DNA of 55,533 bases, taken from positions 1-55,533 of the IMG/VR virus record IMGVR_UViG_3300008448_000102, one strand, 5' to 3'. Below are positions 17,933-28,334 of this stretch, in pieces. The notes below the pieces were generated by a model, which saw only the letters and a list, made by a program, of their open reading frames with translations, was not told the origin of the DNA and ran no database searches. This DNA is from a virus. Lineage: Duplodnaviria; Caudoviricetes. The first letter of the stretch is position 1. Each line of letters starts with the position of its first letter. A program made the position numbers and the translations under genes.

Positions 17933-18682
17933 ATGAAAAATAAGAATATCCCTTCGGACAAAACCTACAAACTTCTTGGCGGATACACTCCGCTATCTTA
18001 CACTCTATCATCAAGAAACACACGGAGGTATCCCCTAATGTGGTATGATGAGGAGAAGAATATAAACAGGGCGCTTCGATATGCCCAAAACCAAAAGACC
18101 CCCTTTGAGGATGAGCAGGACGGGAATGCAATCCTTGAGCCTATTGTTTTTGAGGATGGGTTTTTAATAGTTCCAAAATCAAATCCTGTGCTTCAGCAGT
18201 TCCTTCACTATCATCCATTGAATGGAAAAACATTCATTTTGGTTGACAATGAGAAGGATGCTCAAGACGAGTTGGATGAAATGACAGTTGAGGTTGATGC
18301 CCTGATTGAGGCGCGTAAACTCACCGTCGAGCAACTTGAGACCGTATACCGTGTGGTGTTCGGCAAGGACCCAACGCGGTTTGCCACGGCAGAGATTCGG
18401 CGCGACATCTTAGTGATGGCTAAGAGGGACCCAAAGGGATTCCTCAATGTTATTAACGACCCGATGTTGAAATACAATGCCCGTGTTCAGATGTTCTTTG
18501 ACTCTAACCTATTGAGTCTGAGGAACAATGGAAAAGAGGTATGGTTTAACACGCCGTCAAACAAGCGGAAACTCCTTGCGGTTCCATTTGGAGAGGACCA
18601 CATTGAGACCGTATCTTTATATCTAAAGTCAGACGATGGTCTTGACGCACTGAAGTTCTTGGAAAGTCAATTAGAAGAATAG
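17933..18682 (+). CDS. conserved hypothetical protein downstream of the capsid gene
   Basis: ATG after the leader AAATCAAATCCA; the track start at 17873 runs through the hairpin. Confidence 0.8.
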   Translation: MKNKNIPSDKTYKLLGGYTPLSYTLSSRNTRRYPLMWYDEEKNINRALRYAQNQKTPFEDEQDGNAILEPIVFEDGFLIVPKSNPVLQQFLHYHPLNGKTFILVDNEKDAQDELDEMTVEVDALIEARKLTVEQLETVYRVVFGKDPTRFATAEIRRDILVMAKRDPKGFLNVINDPMLKYNARVQMFFDSNLLSLRNNGKEVWFNTPSNKRKLLAVPFGEDHIETVSLYLKSDDGLDALKFLESQLEE

Positions 18683-18738
18683 GATTTGTATATTTGTATT
18701 GTTCTCTGATGGTTTCATAGTTTTATTGTACATGGGGG

Positions 18739-18768
18739 AGAGGGGCGCTTAGGTGCCCCTTTCTTTTT
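18739..18768 (+). terminator. intrinsic terminator
   Basis: AGGGGCGC-TTAG-GTGCCCCT followed by TTCTTTTT. Confidence 0.75.
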
Positions 18769-18775
18769 ATCTTTG
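18768..18775 (+). promoter_or_regulatory. -7 promoter box for the tail operon
   Basis: TATCTTTG 17 nt before the ATG; a second box TATATTTG at 18689-18696. Confidence 0.55.
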
Positions 18776-18792
18776 TACAAAGCACATTAGAG

Positions 18793-19740
18793 ATGATAAA
18801 CTCTGTCAGGAATACGGTATTATCCGTTCTGAACAAGAATAACTACGGCTATATATCCCCATCGGACTTCAACCTGTACGCCAAACAGGCGCAGTTGGAG
18901 TTATTTCAGGATTACTTTTCCGACTATAATAAGACCATCAATCGTGAGAACGCTCGCATGTCGGGTACCGACTATGCCGACGAGCGCAAGAGAATTGAGG
19001 AGGCTATGGAGGTGTTCGCCGTGACGGACTATCTCGATGTTGTTACACCGCTTCCGAATAACACTTACTACCTTCCGGCGTTAGCGTACAACAATAACGA
19101 CTACTTTATGATTAACAAGGTGGTCTGCTATCCAATTCAGGTAGCAACGGGATTTAATAGTGCAGCCGTGGCGAGTCAGTTGATTGATGCAACCGCTAAC
19201 TTTATAGCGAGTGGTGTACAGGTTGGAGACATAGTCATCCGATACAATGCAAACTTCATAGCCAAAGTCACAGCGGTAACTTCAGCAACGATATTGACGC
19301 TTGACACTAACATATTCTTTGGTACACCCGAACAGTATTTTATTTTTTCAGGCCAAACGGTGCGTGAGGCTGAGAAGGTTACGCATGGTAAAATCACCAT
19401 GCTAAACAATTCTTTATTAACGGCACCAAGTAATAACTTCCCTGCCTACACGCAGGAGTATGATAAACTGACCATTTATCCGCCAACAATAAATAATCGC
19501 GGACAGATATTAGCAAACTACTTCAGGTATCCATTCGACCCCAAGTGGACATACATTACACTTGTGAATGGAGAACCCTCATTCGACCAAACGCAGCCTG
19601 ACTATCGGGACTTCGAGTTGCCAATCGAGGACGAGGCAAGGCTTACTATGAAGATACTTCAGTATTGTGGTATATCAATCAGAGAAGGTGAGGTGTATCA
19701 GTTTGGAAAGACAGAAGAGAACCAAGATAAAGCAGAATAA
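18793..19740 (+). CDS. putative head-tail adaptor/tail ring protein
   Basis: LNK.N.GYI.P.DFN..A.QAQ N-terminus; Y.RYP..PKW and DFELP motifs. Confidence 0.7.
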   Translation: MINSVRNTVLSVLNKNNYGYISPSDFNLYAKQAQLELFQDYFSDYNKTINRENARMSGTDYADERKRIEEAMEVFAVTDYLDVVTPLPNNTYYLPALAYNNNDYFMINKVVCYPIQVATGFNSAAVASQLIDATANFIASGVQVGDIVIRYNANFIAKVTAVTSATILTLDTNIFFGTPEQYFIFSGQTVREAEKVTHGKITMLNNSLLTAPSNNFPAYTQEYDKLTIYPPTINNRGQILANYFRYPFDPKWTYITLVNGEPSFDQTQPDYRDFELPIEDEARLTMKILQYCGISIREGEVYQFGKTEENQDKAE

Positions 19741-19742
19741 CG

Positions 19743-20648
19743 ATGGCCTATATATCACAGTTTGACTACTACAACAATCCGAGCAATCACGGCTCATATC
19801 AGTATGTAAGCCTGTTTGACATTGTCAATAACTTCATGTTAATGTATAATGGGAATCGCTCGTTAGTCAACAACGAAGAGCGATACAAGATTCTATTCCA
19901 TGCCAAGCGGGCCGTACAGGAACTAAACTACGATGCCTTCAAGGAGATTAAGGTATTAGAGTTGAACGTATGTGACCTGCTTAGGTATGTACTCCCATCT
20001 GACTACGTTAATTGGGTTCGTATATCTCTATACAAGGACGGGTATCTTAGGCCACTGAGTGAGAACATTCAGGCCCTTTCATCCGACGCTTACTTGCAGG
20101 ACAACAACTGTCAGATTCTATTCGACATCAATGGAAATGTACTGAAGCCTCAGTTCTCTAACATTGACTTTGATAGGATTACGGGAACAAAGAAGAGCAT
20201 CTACTTAAACGAGGGTAATCAATTTAGTGGACAGCCGGGATACTTTGTTGACGGCATGTGGTACTTTGACTACGCCATCGGCAATAGGATTGGTCTTAAT
20301 ACCGAGACGGCGAACTTCAACCCTACATTCAGCATCGACAAAAAGAACGGAGTGATAAACTTCGACTCAACCATGTCAGGTGAAGTCTGCATACTTGAGT
20401 ACGTATCTGATGGTATGGAGAATGGTGACGACTCGTTGATATCGGTCAATAAACTATTTGAGAAATACGTATACGCATATATTCAGTATGAGATACTGAA
20501 CTCCAAGTTAGGCGTTCAAGAATATATAGTTGCTCGGGCACGTAAAGAGAAGGCGGCTCTGTTGAGGAACGCAAAGATTAGAATCAGCAACATTCACCCC
20601 GGCAGACTTCTGATGAATCTGCGTGGTATGGACAAGACAATCAAATAA
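19743..20648 (+). CDS. tail ring/structural protein
   Basis: LP.DYVNWVRIS, ILEYVSDG and A..RNAKIR motifs; position in the tail operon. Confidence 0.7.
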   Translation: MAYISQFDYYNNPSNHGSYQYVSLFDIVNNFMLMYNGNRSLVNNEERYKILFHAKRAVQELNYDAFKEIKVLELNVCDLLRYVLPSDYVNWVRISLYKDGYLRPLSENIQALSSDAYLQDNNCQILFDINGNVLKPQFSNIDFDRITGTKKSIYLNEGNQFSGQPGYFVDGMWYFDYAIGNRIGLNTETANFNPTFSIDKKNGVINFDSTMSGEVCILEYVSDGMENGDDSLISVNKLFEKYVYAYIQYEILNSKLGVQEYIVARARKEKAALLRNAKIRISNIHPGRLLMNLRGMDKTIK

Positions 20649-20649
20649 G

Positions 20650-23600
20650 ATGGCTAACGTAACAAGAACATTTGTAGCGGGTCGAATGAATAAAGTCGTC
20701 GATGAACGACTTGTTCCAAACGGCGAGTATATTGACGCATTAAATATCCGCATGGGTTCTACCGAGAACTCAGAGATTGGCGTCATTGAAAACTCAAAAG
20801 GAAACGACCGCCTTACATTCTTGGCCTATATTGATGGGACGCCGCTTAGTGTGGATGCTCTTTGTATTGGAGCCCTTGAGGATTCGGCGAATGACACACT
20901 CTATTGGTTTGTCCATGACCCCAACTTCACTGTTGGTGCCACAGGTAAACTTGACCTGATTGTATCATACAATGCCAACACAAGCATACTAACATACCAC
21001 GTAGTTAGTATTGACGATGGAGGCGGTGTAAACACCACACTAAACTTCAATCCATCGTATACAATCACAGGCGTCAACATCATTGACAATCTGCTGTTCT
21101 TTACGGATGACTATAATCAGCCGAGGTTTATCAATGTTACAAGACAATACGCTGTTCCTGTTGCAAACATAGACGCCATATCAGCGGAGTCACTTCTTGT
21201 TATTAAGAAGCCACCGACATCTTCTCCGGCAATTACTCCATATCGTACTTCAAGTCAGGAGAACTTCATGGAGACGCGGTTTATCTGTTTTGCGTATCGT
21301 TATAGGTATGCTGATGGAGAATACTCCGCAACCTCTCAGTGGTCTGAGCCCGCATTTATTCCAAACCCGTTCGAGTTTTCGACAGAGAGTTTCTTAAATG
21401 AGGGTATGGTAAACTTCGCCAACGCATGCGACATTACCTATAACTCAGGCGGACCACTTGTGGTTGGTATAGACCTGCTATTCAAGAATGCGGACTCGAA
21501 CATTATCAAGGTAATCGAGAAACTTGACAAGACCGACCTTGGATTAGCGAACAATACTGACTATCAGTATCAGTTCAACAATAGCAAGATATTCACTGTG
21601 CTGCCCGAGTCTGAACTGCTTCGCTTGTACGACAATGTACCAAGGCTTGCGAAGGCTCAAACAACTATGGGCAACCGCCTCATGTATGGTAACTATACTG
21701 AGGGGTACGACATGATTGATGCGAATGGTTTTCCTGTAAACCTTGAGTATTTTGTGACACTCAATACAGAGGATATTGGAACATCAGATATTCCCGACAC
21801 GACATCGAATGGGAACTATAACATAAACGGAGCATTGACAGTTAATGGAAGTATAGTCGAGATTAACCTCGACCCTATAAACTTTCCATTGGTTGCAGGT
21901 TCATCTATTTCATGGGAGTTAAACATTGCCCATAGCACCTTCACGGGAACAGGTCCTTTCCCTGCGCCCATGTCTGATGTTCAGGTGAGTTTCACGTTCT
22001 TCCTTCAGACTAACTACACATCTGTATATCAGATGGCAACAAGCGTTGAGTTTCTGAACGCTGTTGGAACAAACCTAAATATCAAGCCCGTCTATGCGGC
22101 TCCGGGTAACGACACGTCCTGCGATGGCTCAACATTTACAGACATACTAAACTGTGCCCTTCCAAATACGCTTGGTACATTCAATAAGTATGCAAGCGGA
22201 ATAACGGCTTCATCTCAACCAATTGCAGTTATAGCATCACCCGCAAGTAATGTGATAGGATTGCAGTTGATTGCTATGGAATATGTTGACGCTCCTGCGA
22301 CACCAACGGTGAGTTTCTTTAACTATTACACCGTCTCTTCAGCACAGGCTGTATATCAGCAGGTGGCTACACCAAAGAGTCTCCATAGTAATCGGGGGTA
22401 TGAGATTGGTATAGTCTACATGGACGAGTTTAATCGCTCGACCACTGCCTTGGTTAGTCCAAACAATACATTGTATGTTCCATGCGAGAACTCGTATTTG
22501 AAGAACTACATTCAGGTTACTATACCAACGACACAGATTGCACCGTCTTGGGCGTCAAAGTATAAGTTTGTTATCAAGCCCGATGCCGAGACATACGAGA
22601 CAATCTTCAGTAACATATTCGTAAAGGATACAACCACAAACAATTGGTGGTTCCTTTTAGACGGAGAGAATGCAAGAAAGATTGAGGTAGGAGACAGGCT
22701 TATTGTAAAGTCAGATTCATCAGGAACCGTAACAAGTTGTGTGTATGCGACTGTTTTAGATAAGCAAAGCAAGACGGCGGGATTTATTGGGTCTGCACCT
22801 TCGGGTGTTTATATGAGAATAAACCCAAATGACTTTTCTGTTGAGGTTAACCCCGATGCAGTATTTCAAGAAAATAGAACAATCACTACAAATCAAGGCA
22901 ATTCATTTCCTACAATAAACATTGACTTCAAGAATGGTTCAGGTGACAATGTAACCATACCATCGGGGAGTAGGATTATCTTAAACTTTACGTGGAAGAG
23001 GATTGGCGGATACAGTTTATGTGAAAAGCGTGAATACTATTGGTCTAAGACATTCATCTCCTCTGCCAACTATGATAACTTCAGGGATTGGTTTGTAGGG
23101 GATGGGATTGAAACAGCAATAGATAGCGGTACACAGAATGTTGGTTCGGGAGGTGGACCAATAGATAACACATATATTCCTTTACTAATACCATACAATA
23201 CAAATGCGTATGTTGGTCCGTTAAGTGTCGGAACTAACTTTTGGAGATTTGAAGACCTTGGTCCAACAGGAACAGGTGATGCAGTACGTTTATGGCTTAC
23301 GGGAACGGAGTCGTGTCCCGGCGTTCGCAGGAAGAGCAACAGGATGTCAAGCATACAGGTGAGCGTTACAATCTTTCGTGCCGTTGACCTGTTTGTATTC
23401 GAGACCGAGCCCGTTGATGCGCTACCCGACGTGTTCTACGAGAACGAGCAGTCGTTCGACATCGACACCAATGGTCAACACCTTGGTAACGTGCAAGACC
23501 AAAACTTTGCTACCAACCAATCGGCAATCATTGACACCACATTCCATAACTGCTATGCCTTTGGTAACGGTGTCGAGAGTTACAAGATTCGCGACTCGGT

Positions 23601-25791
23601 TGTAGGCAAGCAGTTTAATCTTGGTAACAGGGTGACGAGCGTGTCGGCTCAGGACTACAAGGAGGCTGACAGGTACGCTGATATAACATACAGCGGCATC
23701 TACAACAACGAGTCGAACGTCAATAAACTAAACGAGTTCAACCTTGGCCTTATCAACTTCAAGGCGTTGGAGGACTCGTTCGGTGGCATCTTCAAATTAG
23801 ATGGACGCGAGACCGACGTTCTTGTTTTGCAGGAAGATAAGGTGTCATACGTTTTGGCAGGTAAGAATCTGCTATCCGACTCTGCTGCGGGTGGCGCTAT
23901 CACCTCTGTACCTGAAGTGTTGGGCACACAGATAGCACGTGTCGAGAAGTATGGTATTAGTCAGAACCCTGAGAGTTATATTCATTGGGGATACGACAGG
24001 TACTTTACTGACGTGAAGCGCGGTGCCGTAATCCAACTCAAGGGTAACTCATATAGCAACGACCAACTACGAGTGGTATCGGAGCAGGGTATGAGGACAT
24101 GGTTTAGGGACGAGTTCAATGCCGCGTTTAATACACAGAAACTCGGTGGCTTTGACCCGTACATGAACGAGTACGTTCTGTCATCAAACGAGCGACAAAT
24201 ACCCGGAACACCTCAGTGTGTTGACTGCGGAATTGCTAACATGTTTGTTTTGGCAGGGGACGAGGAGGTTGTGGCTGACTACTGCGTTGGTTTCGGTCAA
24301 GACGTAGGATTGGTTACGGTGTCTTGGGTGGTGAACTCTATAACTGTTGGTTCAACATTTGAGATTTCAAGCGTATACAATAGTGTCACCAACTCATCGG
24401 GTCTTGTAAATACTGCGGGAAGTTTCACGTTTAACAAGAACTCCAATACCATAGACTTTGCGGACATCAATATATTCGTTGACGGCGAGATTACAATCAC
24501 TGTCACCGTATCATGTCCCGTTGTTGAAACGCTCACACTGATTGAAGTTGTCGTAACGAATCAATACGAGGTAGGCGAGACAATACACGTAGAGTACAGG
24601 TATATTGATGGAGCCTATGTGTCGCCAACTCAGTCAAACTTGGTTACATTCAGTGGGGTTATTACAAACCCACTTATATCAAGGTACAACCTGAGTACAG
24701 GAGCGGCAGGTTCTGCTGCGTTCCCAACGGCGGGAAGTACGGTATTCTTGCAGACAAACAAGATTGTACCCGACACGTTTGACTTTTCGCCATTGACTGA
24801 CAAGTTCAGGTACCATAGGTCGAACACGCTATACACGAATACACCTGTTGATATACAGTCGTTGCTGTCGCTTTCATCTGTTGCGACACCGATTGTTTCA
24901 ACGCCGCCCGTGTTCTACTCTACTTTCACTGTGCCTCCATCAGCAAGTGGTCAGTACCTGTATCTCATTTGGGACTTCCGTGATGCCATTGGTGATGTGC
25001 TGTGTTTTGGAACATCGCTCAATGAGACGTGCTGCGAATGTGAGGTATGCGAGACAAACAACTGCATCCGCATCTCTGTTCTGAATCCGAGTGCTACCAA
25101 TACATCACAGGTTTCATTCCCTAACGGAGCATGCAACAGTTTGACGGGTGGATTTTCAATAGAACTTGACCCACTCGAGGATGTTGAACTTTGTGTTTAT
25201 GCCCCTTGGATTGTACTCACAGGAGATGCAACCATTACGATGGTAGAATGCGACTGCTCTAACTGCGCCGAGTCATGTAGTAATTGGGTAGTAGAAACAA
25301 ACGATGTGGCAAACATAGAGTACATAAGTTGCGAAGACACTCGAACTGTTATTAGTATCAATGAGTCCGATGGCCCCGTCGTTATATGTGCCAAGACTGT
25401 TGAGACGCCTCTCGTTACATTTGGTATTGCCACAGTCAGTTACTTCAACTGCGGATGCTATGCTGAACTGAAGTGTTTCACGATGCTTATGAGCAACAAC
25501 GTATCTGATGGACCTTGGTATATCAAGACATTGAATACTACATCAGGCTCTTACACAGCCCCTGCTTCAACATTCAATGTTGCTACCGATGGTCCCGCAA
25601 TTGTAGCATGGGTTAATGGCCTCAATCCGGGAGTATTGCAGGTGGCCGGATATGTATACACACCGATAGCACCAAACTCAGCAAACGTGCAGTTGAACTA
25701 TTACAGTGAGGCTCTGCTTGGATTAACTATAACAAATGGTGTAACAGACTACTCAATGATTCCAATAGGTTCTACTTCTTGTACATTCTAA
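20650..25791 (+). CDS. tail nozzle/muzzle (stabilisation) protein with a Cys-rich C-terminal extension
   Basis: GRMNK..DERLVP.GEY.DALN, PRLAKAQ...GNRLMYGNY, YGISQNPES and GGFDPY motifs; start at 20650. Confidence 0.75.
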   Translation: MANVTRTFVAGRMNKVVDERLVPNGEYIDALNIRMGSTENSEIGVIENSKGNDRLTFLAYIDGTPLSVDALCIGALEDSANDTLYWFVHDPNFTVGATGKLDLIVSYNANTSILTYHVVSIDDGGGVNTTLNFNPSYTITGVNIIDNLLFFTDDYNQPRFINVTRQYAVPVANIDAISAESLLVIKKPPTSSPAITPYRTSSQENFMETRFICFAYRYRYADGEYSATSQWSEPAFIPNPFEFSTESFLNEGMVNFANACDITYNSGGPLVVGIDLLFKNADSNIIKVIEKLDKTDLGLANNTDYQYQFNNSKIFTVLPESELLRLYDNVPRLAKAQTTMGNRLMYGNYTEGYDMIDANGFPVNLEYFVTLNTEDIGTSDIPDTTSNGNYNINGALTVNGSIVEINLDPINFPLVAGSSISWELNIAHSTFTGTGPFPAPMSDVQVSFTFFLQTNYTSVYQMATSVEFLNAVGTNLNIKPVYAAPGNDTSCDGSTFTDILNCALPNTLGTFNKYASGITASSQPIAVIASPASNVIGLQLIAMEYVDAPATPTVSFFNYYTVSSAQAVYQQVATPKSLHSNRGYEIGIVYMDEFNRSTTALVSPNNTLYVPCENSYLKNYIQVTIPTTQIAPSWASKYKFVIKPDAETYETIFSNIFVKDTTTNNWWFLLDGENARKIEVGDRLIVKSDSSGTVTSCVYATVLDKQSKTAGFIGSAPSGVYMRINPNDFSVEVNPDAVFQENRTITTNQGNSFPTINIDFKNGSGDNVTIPSGSRIILNFTWKRIGGYSLCEKREYYWSKTFISSANYDNFRDWFVGDGIETAIDSGTQNVGSGGGPIDNTYIPLLIPYNTNAYVGPLSVGTNFWRFEDLGPTGTGDAVRLWLTGTESCPGVRRKSNRMSSIQVSVTIFRAVDLFVFETEPVDALPDVFYENEQSFDIDTNGQHLGNVQDQNFATNQSAIIDTTFHNCYAFGNGVESYKIRDSVVGKQFNLGNRVTSVSAQDYKEADRYADITYSGIYNNESNVNKLNEFNLGLINFKALEDSFGGIFKLDGRETDVLVLQEDKVSYVLAGKNLLSDSAAGGAITSVPEVLGTQIARVEKYGISQNPESYIHWGYDRYFTDVKRGAVIQLKGNSYSNDQLRVVSEQGMRTWFRDEFNAAFNTQKLGGFDPYMNEYVLSSNERQIPGTPQCVDCGIANMFVLAGDEEVVADYCVGFGQDVGLVTVSWVVNSITVGSTFEISSVYNSVTNSSGLVNTAGSFTFNKNSNTIDFADINIFVDGEITITVTVSCPVVETLTLIEVVVTNQYEVGETIHVEYRYIDGAYVSPTQSNLVTFSGVITNPLISRYNLSTGAAGSAAFPTAGSTVFLQTNKIVPDTFDFSPLTDKFRYHRSNTLYTNTPVDIQSLLSLSSVATPIVSTPPVFYSTFTVPPSASGQYLYLIWDFRDAIGDVLCFGTSLNETCCECEVCETNNCIRISVLNPSATNTSQVSFPNGACNSLTGGFSIELDPLEDVELCVYAPWIVLTGDATITMVECDCSNCAESCSNWVVETNDVANIEYISCEDTRTVISINESDGPVVICAKTVETPLVTFGIATVSYFNCGCYAELKCFTMLMSNNVSDGPWYIKTLNTTSGSYTAPASTFNVATDGPAIVAWVNGLNPGVLQVAGYVYTPIAPNSANVQLNYYSEALLGLTITNGVTDYSMIPIGSTSCTF

Positions 25792-25801
25792 AGAACAATA
25801 G

Positions 25802-27103
25802 ATGCCAATAGCACAGCAATACTATCTCAACAGTCCGTCGCTCTCGTCAGCGACGGCTGTGTTTGCCAACTCGTCACTTAGTGTACTTGCCCCTGATGGA
25901 TACTATTCGGATGGAGCAATAACAAGGCAGCAAGTAGGAGGGGTTCTCCTTCCTGTTGTACCATGTCCAAGTTGCGGTGTATCGTGCGACCTACCCGAGC
26001 AAACTGCGGGTAGCGACCGTGGTATATATAGGGCTACAATAAATGCCCTGTATGGTGTTGGTGCGGTCGTTATCAAGTTTACACCCGAGGATGTCCCCGA
26101 TGGTGTTCAGGCTGTGTATAACGGGAACATATACAATACACTGTCATCGAACACATACGGATACTTGGGTGGGACTCCGGGTCTTCCCGTATACATTGGA
26201 AACTCAGGCTTGGATTGTGGTCTTGTCGCAGGGAGCCCATACCTTTTGGCTGAGTTTGAGTATGACGGCGTTACGTCTTCATTTGTTCCGTTAGGCACAA
26301 ACCAATGGGTAACCATTGCAGGTGGTCAGATGTCATTAAGCCCCGGAGACCCCGGCAGTTGCTACATGATTATACCCAAGACAAACTCGGCTATTACCGA
26401 TATTGACTTGACCATGATACTTGCATGTGATGGTTCGGTCTGCAAGTTTGATATTGATTGTCCTATTTTATTGCCAAAGTATTTCAGTACGGCATTGCAT
26501 GCGGGACCAATACTTTACAAGTGCGATAGTGTGACAGACCAAACATACTACGTGTTCTCTGTGAATAGCACATACCCTGTGCTTGGCTTGCACGACATGG
26601 TCTTCTCAGACCCGAACGGCGAGTTCCCATTAGCAAACGGTTGGTACACGGCACCAATTCACTGCCCATCACCAAACGACTCGTATCAAGTTACAAATGG
26701 TGTCATCACAAACTTCGCCAACATCTGCTCGACGGGAACATTGGAAATAACAGGAGAGGACAATTACAGCGGATGCGAGGCGGGAGTTGTTAACGGTGTT
26801 ATAAGTGTTGATTGGGAACCTGTTCCGATTAGTATCTTCTCAGGAAACATTCCATTTGCGACGGTTACATACAACATAGACCCCGGCGTCTATAAGATTA
26901 AACTTACAGCGAATGTGTCCGCAGGTGCGGTAGATTGCCCTCCGCTAAAGATGGAACTTATCATTACGGACCCATACGGAACTAACACATACACTCAGAT
27001 TGTATCCCCTCCTAATGCCTCTCAGACATACACGCTAACGCATACAATCTATACATTAGCGGGCGGAGCATACAATGTATCAGGTGTTCTATCTAACGTA
27101 TAA
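25802..27103 (+). CDS. Cys-containing tail-associated protein
   Basis: APDGYYSDG..RQQV.G.L...CPSC N-terminus; beta-rich. Confidence 0.65.
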   Translation: MPIAQQYYLNSPSLSSATAVFANSSLSVLAPDGYYSDGAITRQQVGGVLLPVVPCPSCGVSCDLPEQTAGSDRGIYRATINALYGVGAVVIKFTPEDVPDGVQAVYNGNIYNTLSSNTYGYLGGTPGLPVYIGNSGLDCGLVAGSPYLLAEFEYDGVTSSFVPLGTNQWVTIAGGQMSLSPGDPGSCYMIIPKTNSAITDIDLTMILACDGSVCKFDIDCPILLPKYFSTALHAGPILYKCDSVTDQTYYVFSVNSTYPVLGLHDMVFSDPNGEFPLANGWYTAPIHCPSPNDSYQVTNGVITNFANICSTGTLEITGEDNYSGCEAGVVNGVISVDWEPVPISIFSGNIPFATVTYNIDPGVYKIKLTANVSAGAVDCPPLKMELIITDPYGTNTYTQIVSPPNASQTYTLTHTIYTLAGGAYNVSGVLSNV

Positions 27104-27903
27104 TGAATCACACACTAACATATAGCGAGGGGGTAGAGGGATGGGTGTCCTTCTACTCCTTCTTCCCCGATTGGATGATTGGGATGAACAACTTCTTTTA
27201 TACGTTCAAGGGCGGGAATTTATACAGGCATAATACGAACCCGATACGAAACCAATTCTATGGTATAAACTACGGCTCGGTACTTCAGAGTGTATTCAAC
27301 GATAATCCGTTCGAGAACAAACTATATAAGACGTTGAACTTGGAGGGCGACGCGAAGTGGACCGCCGACCTGACCACAGACCTTGAGTATACGGGATTCA
27401 TTCAGGCCCCGTGGTTCGAGCGCAAGGAGGCGTCATACTTTGCCTTTATTAGGAACAACGGAACGGTACCCGCAGACATTCAGCAGTACCCGCTTCGGAG
27501 TTTGAATGGCATCGGCAGGAGTTCAACCACGGCGGTTGGCGTCGGAACGATTACCGTCAACTTCTCAATATCCCCCTTGGTTTCGATTGGGACAATTTTG
27601 AGCGTAGGGGACATGCTGTATTTCTCGCTACCGCCGACCTATAATTCGCCTCAACTTGCGGGGCAGGTGACGGCTGTGAACGTAAACTACCCTGCGGGTC
27701 TGAACAGAATAATTGTCGATACAACAATCGCAGGTGCGGTACCTGTACCAATCCCCGACCCGTACTTCCTATACATCAAGAACTCGGTCGCCGAGTCGCA
27801 CGGGGTCTTGGGCCACTACTGCGTGTTCACCATAAGCAACATCGACACGACCAAGGTTGAGTTGTTTGCTGCCGAGGCTGACGTGATGAAGAGTTACCCA
27901 TAA
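27103..27903 (+). CDS. tail protein resembling the C-terminal part of muzzle proteins
   Basis: TLTYSE...GWVSFYSF.P, YTFKGG.LY.H, K.YKTL.LEG and KE..YFA motifs. Confidence 0.6.
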   Translation: MNHTLTYSEGVEGWVSFYSFFPDWMIGMNNFFYTFKGGNLYRHNTNPIRNQFYGINYGSVLQSVFNDNPFENKLYKTLNLEGDAKWTADLTTDLEYTGFIQAPWFERKEASYFAFIRNNGTVPADIQQYPLRSLNGIGRSSTTAVGVGTITVNFSISPLVSIGTILSVGDMLYFSLPPTYNSPQLAGQVTAVNVNYPAGLNRIIVDTTIAGAVPVPIPDPYFLYIKNSVAESHGVLGHYCVFTISNIDTTKVELFAAEADVMKSYP

Positions 27904-27909
27904 TGTTGG

Positions 27910-27917
27910 TATATTTG
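27910..27917 (+). promoter_or_regulatory. -7 promoter box for the ejection-protein operon
   Basis: TATATTTG 10 nt before the ATG. Confidence 0.55.
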
Positions 27918-27927
27918 TAGTTGAACT

Positions 27928-28332
27928 ATGTTCAATGTACGTCAATTAAACGATGCCGACTACGACACCCTCGTAGGATGGTGGAAAGATTGGGGATGGG
28001 AGCCTCCGACAAGGGAGTTCCTTCCCGATGACGGGACAGGGGGCATCATGGTATTGGACGGAGACACCCCTGTTTGTGCGGGGTTTGTCTATGCGACGAA
28101 CTCGGCGGTGGCTTGGGTGGATTGGATTGTATCCAACAAGCAGTACAGAAAGAAGCCTGAGAGGACATTGGCATTAAAGGTATTGATAGAGTCGCTGACA
28201 AACATCAGTAAATCGTCGGGCGGAAAGTATGCCTATGCCCTAATAAAGCATCCGAGGTTAATAGGACTATATGAGGAGGCGGGGTATATAAAGGGCGACT
28301 CGTACACATCAGAAATGATTAAAGCATTATAG
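27928..28332 (+). CDS. GNAT-fold protein (T7 gp13-like position)
   Basis: GNAT pattern including W..WIVSN..YR and L..LYE..GY; precedes the ejection proteins. Confidence 0.65.
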   Translation: MFNVRQLNDADYDTLVGWWKDWGWEPPTREFLPDDGTGGIMVLDGDTPVCAGFVYATNSAVAWVDWIVSNKQYRKKPERTLALKVLIESLTNISKSSGGKYAYALIKHPRLIGLYEEAGYIKGDSYTSEMIKAL

Positions 28333-28334
28333 AC

